Shown here: piece by piece, positions 26,453 through 32,000 of the stretch
Layout of the letters: the number at the start of each line of letters is the position of its first letter
How positions within the stretch are numbered: the first letter of the stretch is position 1
Source: Desulfurobacterium pacificum
Lineage (GTDB): Bacteria; Aquificota; Aquificia; Desulfurobacteriales; Desulfurobacteriaceae
DNA: 32,000 nucleotides
Assembly: GCF_900182835.1 (NCBI RefSeq)
Contig: NZ_FXUB01000005.1
Coordinates: forward strand, 34,906 to 66,905
Direction: 5' to 3'
Notes under the pieces: generated by a model
The model's database searches: none
Told to the model about the DNA's origin: nothing
What the model saw: the letters and a program-made list of their open reading frames with translations, nothing else
Program-made: the position numbers and the translations under genes

Positions 26453-27514
26453 ATGCCTGTAGAAATCCTCAAAGAACTAATAAACATTCCCTCCATCTAC
26501 GGCAACGAAAAGCAAATTGCAGATTTTGTAGAAAATTTCATAAAAACCGAAAATCCTCACTTGCAAATCCATAGAGTAAACAACAGCATAATAGCCACAA
26601 CGCCCTTTGATGAGAACAAACAAACCGTAGCCTTAGTCGGTCATTTAGACACCGTTCCTGGTGAAAATAAATATACAGGAAAAATCATAAACGGTAGGTT
26701 ATACGGTCTTGGTGCCAGCGATATGAAAGCTGGAGACGCTGTCATACTCAAAATAATATCTGACTTAAAAGAAAAAAACTCCAAATTTAACCTGACTTTT
26801 ATCTTCTACGAAAAAGAAGAAGGACCATACGAAGACAACGGATTAAAACTGCTCATATCAAAATTCTCAGAACTCATAAAAAGAAACGACTTTGCTTTTG
26901 TTTTAGAACCGACAGATAATAAAATTCAAGTCGGCTGTCTTGGCGTCATCCACGCGTGGTTCATATTTAAAGGGAAACGGGCACATTCAGCAAGACCTTG
27001 GGAAGGCGATAATGCAATTCACAAAGGCTGGAAACTCCTCAAAACGCTAAGTGAGATGAAACCTGAGGAATACAAAGTTGGCAACCTTTCCTATTTTGAA
27101 GTAATGAACGCAACAATGGTAGACTTCAAAGGCGGTCGTAACATTATCCCTGAGGAGTTCCTAATAAACGTAAACTACAGGTTTACGCCAGACAAAACTA
27201 CAAAAGAAGCTTTAAAGAAAATAGAAAAGTTAGCAGAAGAAACTGAAACATCCTCTCTAAAAATCTGGGACATATCACCCGCTGCAAGACCCTGCCTTGA
27301 CAACCCTATTTTACGTTTGTTTAAAGAAACGTTTAATTTACCAATAGAAGCTAAACAAGCATGGACAGATGTCGCCCAGCTATCCGAAATCGGCGTAGAT
27401 GCAGTTAACTTCGGTCCAGGTCAGCCTCACCAGGCTCATCAAAAAGATGAATACGTAGAAGTAGAAAAAATCCACACCTGCTACCACATACTAAAAGAAT
27501 TCCTTTTAGAATAA
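26453..27514 (+). CDS. dapE: M20-family peptidase, probable succinyl-diaminopimelate desuccinylase
   Basis: 'VALVGHLDTVPG', 'LYGLGASDMKAGDAV', 'FYEKEEGPYEDNGL', 'KRAHSARPWEGDNAIHKGW', 'GPGQPHQAHQKDEYV'. Confidence 0.8.
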   Translation: MPVEILKELINIPSIYGNEKQIADFVENFIKTENPHLQIHRVNNSIIATTPFDENKQTVALVGHLDTVPGENKYTGKIINGRLYGLGASDMKAGDAVILKIISDLKEKNSKFNLTFIFYEKEEGPYEDNGLKLLISKFSELIKRNDFAFVLEPTDNKIQVGCLGVIHAWFIFKGKRAHSARPWEGDNAIHKGWKLLKTLSEMKPEEYKVGNLSYFEVMNATMVDFKGGRNIIPEEFLINVNYRFTPDKTTKEALKKIEKLAEETETSSLKIWDISPAARPCLDNPILRLFKETFNLPIEAKQAWTDVAQLSEIGVDAVNFGPGQPHQAHQKDEYVEVEKIHTCYHILKEFLLE

Positions 27515-29068
27515 CAACCTTTCTAAATCTTCTAAAGTAAATTCGCTGTGCCTTTTAAACTCCTCTCTTTCGTAAGGAAAATCACTTCTAAAATGTCCTC
27601 CTCTACTCTCTTCTCTCCTCATCGCACTTATAGCCATTGCAAGCCCTAAAATAGCTCCATTCCTCACTTCCCAATTAGATAAAGAAAGAGCTATATTTGA
27701 AAGCCTATCAATAGCCTTAGTTAAAGAATCTGCCGTTCTAACTATACCAACGTTACTCCATAAAACTTTCTTAACATCTTCCAAAACATACTTCTGCTCA
27801 TTCTGAGGCTTCCACTCCTCTAACTTTACTCTCACTTCAGCAAACCTCTTACTCAAATACCTCCAATCAGCATACACTCCATAAGCAGCTCTATTACCAA
27901 AAACAACACATTCAAGCAAAGAGTTACTGGCAAGTCTATTAGCTCCATGAACTCCCGTACATGCAGCCTCTCCTACAGCGTAAAGACCCTTTAAAGAAGT
28001 TCTACCAAAACTATCAACAGCTACTCCACCAATATAGTAGTGAGCTACCGGAGTTATAGGAATTAAATCTTTCTTCGGGTCCAATCCCTTCTCTTTAAGC
28101 TTTCTACAAATTGTGGGAAACCGTTCATAAATATCTATCCCCCTTCTCTCTATGGGTCTAAAATCTAAATAGATATCTCCACCAGACAGTCTCCGTTGCG
28201 TTTCAATAGCCCGAGTTACAACATCTCTCGGAGCAAGTTCCCACAAATGGTGATAGTCCCCCATAAACCTTCTACCATGTCTATCAACGATAACAGCCCC
28301 TTCTCCTCTAACAGCTTCAGATATCAAAAAACACTCTTTATCATCACAAAAAGCTGTAGGATGAAACTGAACAAACTCAAGGTCCTTTAATTTTGCACCA
28401 TACCTTAAAGCAATTGTTATACCGTCCCCCGTTGACGTTGGAGGATTAGTAGTTTTCTCAAATAATCCCGCCGCACCACCAGTAGCAAAAACAACAGCCG
28501 GAGCGTAAAAGGCTCTCAAATCCCCAGAAACTTCTGCTAAAACTCCATAACATCTTCCATTTTTTACTATAAGCTCTTTTACACGAACAAACTCCTGAAT
28601 CCTTCCAGAATAAGCACTTATCAACGCTTTTTCTATATCCTCCCCAGTTTTATCCTTACAATGCGCTATCCTCGCAACAGAATGAGCAGCTTCTTTAGTA
28701 AACCGGATAAATCCTTCCTCATCTTTATCAAAATCCACCCCCAACTCAATAAGGTCTATAACCCTTTTTACTCCTTCCTCCACCAAAATCCTTGCCATCT
28801 TCCTATCTACCAAACCAGCTCCTGCCCTTACCGTATCAGCAAAGTGCAGGTCAGTAGAATCATCAGGAGGCAGGGCAGAAGCTATACCTCCCTGAGCCAA
28901 AAAAGTTGAACCCTCATACATTTCAGACTTAGAAAGAACACAAACATCTAAACCTAACCTTTTAAGAACAATTGCGCAGTAAAGCCCAGCAGCTCCAGAA
29001 CCTACTACAACTACATCGTAAGTTTCTGAAGGTATATCAAGCGAGTCAACAGTAAGTAAACTTTTCAT
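27506..29068 (-). CDS. nadB: L-aspartate oxidase
   Basis: FAD-binding 'YDVVVVGSGAAGLYCAI', 'STFLAQGGIASAL', 'RIAHCKDKTGEDIEKAL', 'EFVQFHPTAF', 'HYYIGGVAVDSFGRTSLKGLYAVGEAACTGVHGANRLASNSLLE'. Confidence 0.95.
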   Translation of the reverse strand: MKSLLTVDSLDIPSETYDVVVVGSGAAGLYCAIVLKRLGLDVCVLSKSEMYEGSTFLAQGGIASALPPDDSTDLHFADTVRAGAGLVDRKMARILVEEGVKRVIDLIELGVDFDKDEEGFIRFTKEAAHSVARIAHCKDKTGEDIEKALISAYSGRIQEFVRVKELIVKNGRCYGVLAEVSGDLRAFYAPAVVFATGGAAGLFEKTTNPPTSTGDGITIALRYGAKLKDLEFVQFHPTAFCDDKECFLISEAVRGEGAVIVDRHGRRFMGDYHHLWELAPRDVVTRAIETQRRLSGGDIYLDFRPIERRGIDIYERFPTICRKLKEKGLDPKKDLIPITPVAHYYIGGVAVDSFGRTSLKGLYAVGEAACTGVHGANRLASNSLLECVVFGNRAAYGVYADWRYLSKRFAEVRVKLEEWKPQNEQKYVLEDVKKVLWSNVGIVRTADSLTKAIDRLSNIALSLSNWEVRNGAILGLAMAISAMRREESRGGHFRSDFPYEREEFKRHSEFTLEDLERLLF

Positions 29069-29078
29069 AACTCCTCCA

Positions 29079-29810
29079 CTATAGCCTGATAATAAACGAA
29101 GTTTCTATACCTTTCTTCTCAAGTTTCTCTTTAAACCGCTTAGCATCTTTCAAAGAAAAAACAGGACCAGCCAAAACCCTATAATAACCATCCATGTAGA
29201 CAACCCTCACCTTTATTCCATACCTTCTCATTACAGAATACTTAAAAGAATAAGCATTCAGCTTATTCCTAAAAGCTCCAATCTGAACGTAAAATCGCCC
29301 CTTTCGATACTCAGACGCAACGTAACGATGGTCAACTTTTCTGCCTAAAGCTATCAACTTCACCTTTGCCACACCCTTTTTCAACATACCCAACTTCTTG
29401 GCAGCAGCGTAAGATAAATCTATGATTCTACCTTCCACAAAAGGTCCTCTATCGTTTATCTTCACAATCACGCTTTTTCCATTCTCAAGGTTTATAACCT
29501 TTACGTAAGTACCCAAAGGCAACGTCTTATGAGCTGCTGTTAACTTATACATATTGTAAATCTCACCGCTTGCCGTTCTTTTTCCATGAAATCCAGGACC
29601 ATACCACGAAGCATACCCAACCTCAACATAACCATAACTACTTTTCCTTACGCAATAAACTTTCCCACCAACACTATAAGTGTAGCTACACTCCGATTTC
29701 CTATAAAACACCCCTCCCTTCTGTGTAGAAGGAATGATAACTACTCTTTCACTACGCGTTCCACAAGAAATAAGGAAAACAGCAAAAAGAAACACAATAA
29801 ATCTCTTCAT
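29079..29810 (-). CDS. rlpA: RlpA-like septal ring lytic transglycosylase with C-terminal SPOR domain, lipoprotein
   Basis: Lipobox '[10 protein letters not shown]'; '[60 protein letters not shown]'; SPOR-like '[14 protein letters not shown]...[11 protein letters not shown]'. Confidence 0.93.
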   Translation of the reverse strand: MKRFIVFLFAVFLISCGTRSERVVIIPSTQKGGVFYRKSECSYTYSVGGKVYCVRKSSYGYVEVGYASWYGPGFHGKRTASGEIYNMYKLTAAHKTLPLGTYVKVINLENGKSVIVKINDRGPFVEGRIIDLSYAAAKKLGMLKKGVAKVKLIALGRKVDHRYVASEYRKGRFYVQIGAFRNKLNAYSFKYSVMRRYGIKVRVVYMDGYYRVLAGPVFSLKDAKRFKEKLEKKGIETSFIIRL

Positions 29811-29911
29811 ATTTAGTGTACCTCTAATCTAAATAAATTGTAAAATATAAATTAATAATAAACAAAGGTTTAGAGTATAATTTAAACAGACATCTTTTCA
29901 GGGAGGAGAAA

Positions 29912-30883
29912 ATGAAAACAAAACAACTCAGTATTACCCACAAAATACTAATTGTTTTCTTCATTCTCGTAGCCCTATCTACGCTCTCCTTCTTTCATTT
30001 ACTCAACAAGACCTATAAAGTAAGCCTTATAAATCAAGGTAGAAGTCTCGCACAAGAAATTATCATATTCAGAAAGTGGGCTGCAAGTTTCGGAGGTGTA
30101 TGGACAAAAGACAAATACACTGAAGGCATCGGTTATTTAATGAGTTTAGATGCTCCCTATGGAGAATTAAAAGCCTATAAGTCAGATGAAGTTCTTAAAA
30201 GAGTAGGAGAAACTCACTTCTTTCTCCACAACCCAGCACTTGCCACAAGAGAACTTTCACAACTATCAAACATTGAATACGGATGGTCTTTCCGCGTAGT
30301 ATCAGACAGATATATGGCTCCAGAAGACAAACCAGATACCTGGGAAACAAAAGCCATAAAAACTATTGAAAAGAAAGGAGTTACAGAATACTGGGGATGG
30401 GATGGAAAAACATTCCGTTACGCCAAAGCTATTTACGTAAAGCAGAGCTGCCTAAAATGTCATGGACCTGAAAATCAAATACCTGAAGAAATATTAAAGG
30501 CTCTCAAAGCTAAATATGGAGATAACTACAAAAGAGCCATCAATTACAAAGTTGGCGATTTAAGAGGAATTATAAGCGTATCCATCCTACCACCAAGCAT
30601 TATTTCAACCGCTCTATCTCTTGTTGATATAGTTAATATAGGAGCATTCATCATAGCTTTCTTGGTGTTCTGGTTATTTGCTAAGTATGAAATAATAATT
30701 CCTATTGAGAAACTGACAAAAGCAGCTCACGATATAAGTCTCGGGAAATTAGATATTGATTTAGGAGTCCGCGGTCTGAAGGAAGAAGAAGTTAAAGATG
30801 AAATCACTAAATTGGCTATAGCCATTGACCGTTTAAGAGCCAGTGTCCAAATCGCCATTGAAAGGTTAAGAAAGAAAAAATAA
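29912..30883 (+). CDS. DUF3365-type heme-binding sensor with HAMP domain, no output domain
   Basis: N- and C-terminal TM segments; 'WGWDGKTFRYAKAIYVKQSCLKCHGPENQIPEEILKAL' with c-type heme motif CxxCH; HAMP-like 'FAKYEIIIPIEKLTKAAHDISLGKLDIDLG'; ends shortly after HAMP. Confidence 0.78.
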   Translation: MKTKQLSITHKILIVFFILVALSTLSFFHLLNKTYKVSLINQGRSLAQEIIIFRKWAASFGGVWTKDKYTEGIGYLMSLDAPYGELKAYKSDEVLKRVGETHFFLHNPALATRELSQLSNIEYGWSFRVVSDRYMAPEDKPDTWETKAIKTIEKKGVTEYWGWDGKTFRYAKAIYVKQSCLKCHGPENQIPEEILKALKAKYGDNYKRAINYKVGDLRGIISVSILPPSIISTALSLVDIVNIGAFIIAFLVFWLFAKYEIIIPIEKLTKAAHDISLGKLDIDLGVRGLKEEEVKDEITKLAIAIDRLRASVQIAIERLRKKK

Positions 30884-30890
30884 AACTAAA

Positions 30891-30909
30891 GGGGGGATAT
30901 AATCCCCCC
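30891..30909 (+). terminator. Short GC-rich hairpin after the sensor gene (possible terminator, no U-tract)
   Basis: GGGGGGAT-ATA-ATCCCCCC, perfect 8-bp stem with 3-nt loop, 7 nt after the TAA; followed by ctcttcattc rather than a U-tract. Confidence 0.4.
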
Positions 30910-30923
30910 TCTTCATTCTACGG

Positions 30924-30953
30924 TTGAAAATTAACATCTCAAAAACTTACAAT
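30924..30953 (+). promoter_or_regulatory. Candidate sigma-70 promoter for the aldolase-tyrA pair
   Basis: TTGAAA (30924-30929), 18-nt spacer, TACAAT (30948-30953), 32 nt before the ATG at 30986. Confidence 0.5.
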
Positions 30954-30985
30954 AAAGCTTCCAAAACTCATCTGAGGTCAACAGT

Positions 30986-31561
30986 ATGAAAACTTTTATA
31001 AAAGAAAAAAACGAAATGATAAAAACAGGGCGAATTGTTTTTGAAGCCGGACTAACAGACACCCACGGAGGAAACATAAGCATCCGAAAAGGTGAACACA
31101 TAATAATCAAAAAATCAGGAAAAATGTTAGGTTTTTTAACAGAAGATGACTTTGTAATTACAACCCTTCAAAAAAACGAAAAACTTGACGAAGGTGCTTC
31201 AATTGAACTATTGGTCCACAGAGCTATATACCAGAACTTTTCCGAAATTAACGCTATCGTTCATGCCCATTCACCGTACACTGTTGCCTGCTCTTTAATA
31301 ACTAACACAATAACACCTATGGATTCAGAAGGAAAATTACTACTACACAAAGTACCCGTTTTATCTGCCACCTGCGTAGTGTCATCAGAAGAAGTCGCAA
31401 CAAAAATTATCGGTCTCCTCAAACTATCCCCAATCGTGGTAGTAAAATCCCACGGAGCGTTCTCAACCGGTAGAAATTTAAACGAAGCATTAAAATACCT
31501 ATCAGCCCTTGAAAACTCGTGTAAAATTCTCTCAATCTATCACTCAGTAAAGGGGAGCTAA
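30986..31561 (+). CDS. Class II aldolase/adducin family protein
   Basis: 'GLTDTHGGNISIRKGEHIIIKKSGKMLGFLTEDDFV', 'SIELLVHRAIYQNFSEINAIVHAHSPYTVACS', 'VVVKSHGAFSTGRNLNEAL'. Confidence 0.88.
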   Translation: MKTFIKEKNEMIKTGRIVFEAGLTDTHGGNISIRKGEHIIIKKSGKMLGFLTEDDFVITTLQKNEKLDEGASIELLVHRAIYQNFSEINAIVHAHSPYTVACSLITNTITPMDSEGKLLLHKVPVLSATCVVSSEEVATKIIGLLKLSPIVVVKSHGAFSTGRNLNEALKYLSALENSCKILSIYHSVKGS

Positions 31562-31562
31562 A

Positions 31563-32000
31563 TTGGAATGGAATTTCAAAGAAATATGCATAATAGGTTT
31601 AGGATTAATCGGAGGCTCCTTTGCTCTTAATTTGAAACTAAAAGGTTTTAACGGAAAGATTACTGCAATAGACATAAATCCAGAAGCAATAGAAAAAGGA
31701 CTTGACTTAGAAGTAATAGATGATGGAAGTATCAAACATTCCATCGCAGAAAACGCAGACCTAATAGTTATAGCTACCCCCGTTGGTGTTTACGAAGAAG
31801 TAATCCGCCAACTTCTTCCTTTTATTTCATCCGGAACAATCGTCACAGATTTAGGAAGCGTAAAAGGGCACATAGTGTTTAAATGTGAGAGTTTACTAAA
31901 AGGGAAAGCTCCCTTTGTGGGAGGTCACCCAATAGCCGGAACTGAAAAATCCGGAGTGGACAACGCTGTAGAAAACCTTTTCAGCGGAGCAAAATTTATT
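31563..32000 (+). CDS. tyrA: Prephenate dehydrogenase, 3' truncated by window edge
   Basis: TTG start after RBS aaagggga; reads MEWNFKEICIIGLGLIGGSFALNLKLKGF...DLIVIATPVGVYEEVIRQLLPFISSGTIVTDLGSVKG...FVGGHPIAGTEKSGVDNAVENLFSGAKFI; runs off the window. Confidence 0.88.
   Translation, partial: MEWNFKEICIIGLGLIGGSFALNLKLKGFNGKITAIDINPEAIEKGLDLEVIDDGSIKHSIAENADLIVIATPVGVYEEVIRQLLPFISSGTIVTDLGSVKGHIVFKCESLLKGKAPFVGGHPIAGTEKSGVDNAVENLFSGAKFI

Overview
Gene-dense 32 kb of what looks like a thermophilic Aquificota chromosome (Desulfurobacteriaceae-like; this is inferred from gene content and protein style, not searched). Most of it is housekeeping: SurA/PpiC foldases, metV-metF, uppS, cdsA, hypE / UPF0014 permease / hypD, bamA, a radical SAM protein, an NSS-family transporter, a Rad50/SbcC-like ATPase, an MscS channel, an MntA/HepT toxin-antitoxin pair, phoH, a 7TM-HD phosphohydrolase, a small Omp85-like protein, a split glutamine-dependent NAD synthetase, tldD, a glutamine amidotransferase, a four-tRNA array, a dapE-like peptidase, nadB, rlpA, a heme-binding HAMP sensor, a class II aldolase and the 5' part of tyrA. 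I found no CRISPR array, transposon, prophage or clearly new multigene system. The observations most worth checking are: (i) a +1 frameshift at a six-T run in the NSS transporter; (ii) an untracked 51-aa membrane ORF directly after it that resembles a MetS-type small subunit; (iii) a possible non-canonical ATA start for bamA that would restore the SD sequence and signal peptide; (iv) a UPF0014 permease lodged between hypE and hypD; (v) the MntA/HepT module with intact motifs; (vi) the split NAD synthetase; (vii) a 13-bp hairpin spanning the hypD stop codon; (viii) a heme-binding HAMP protein with no output domain.
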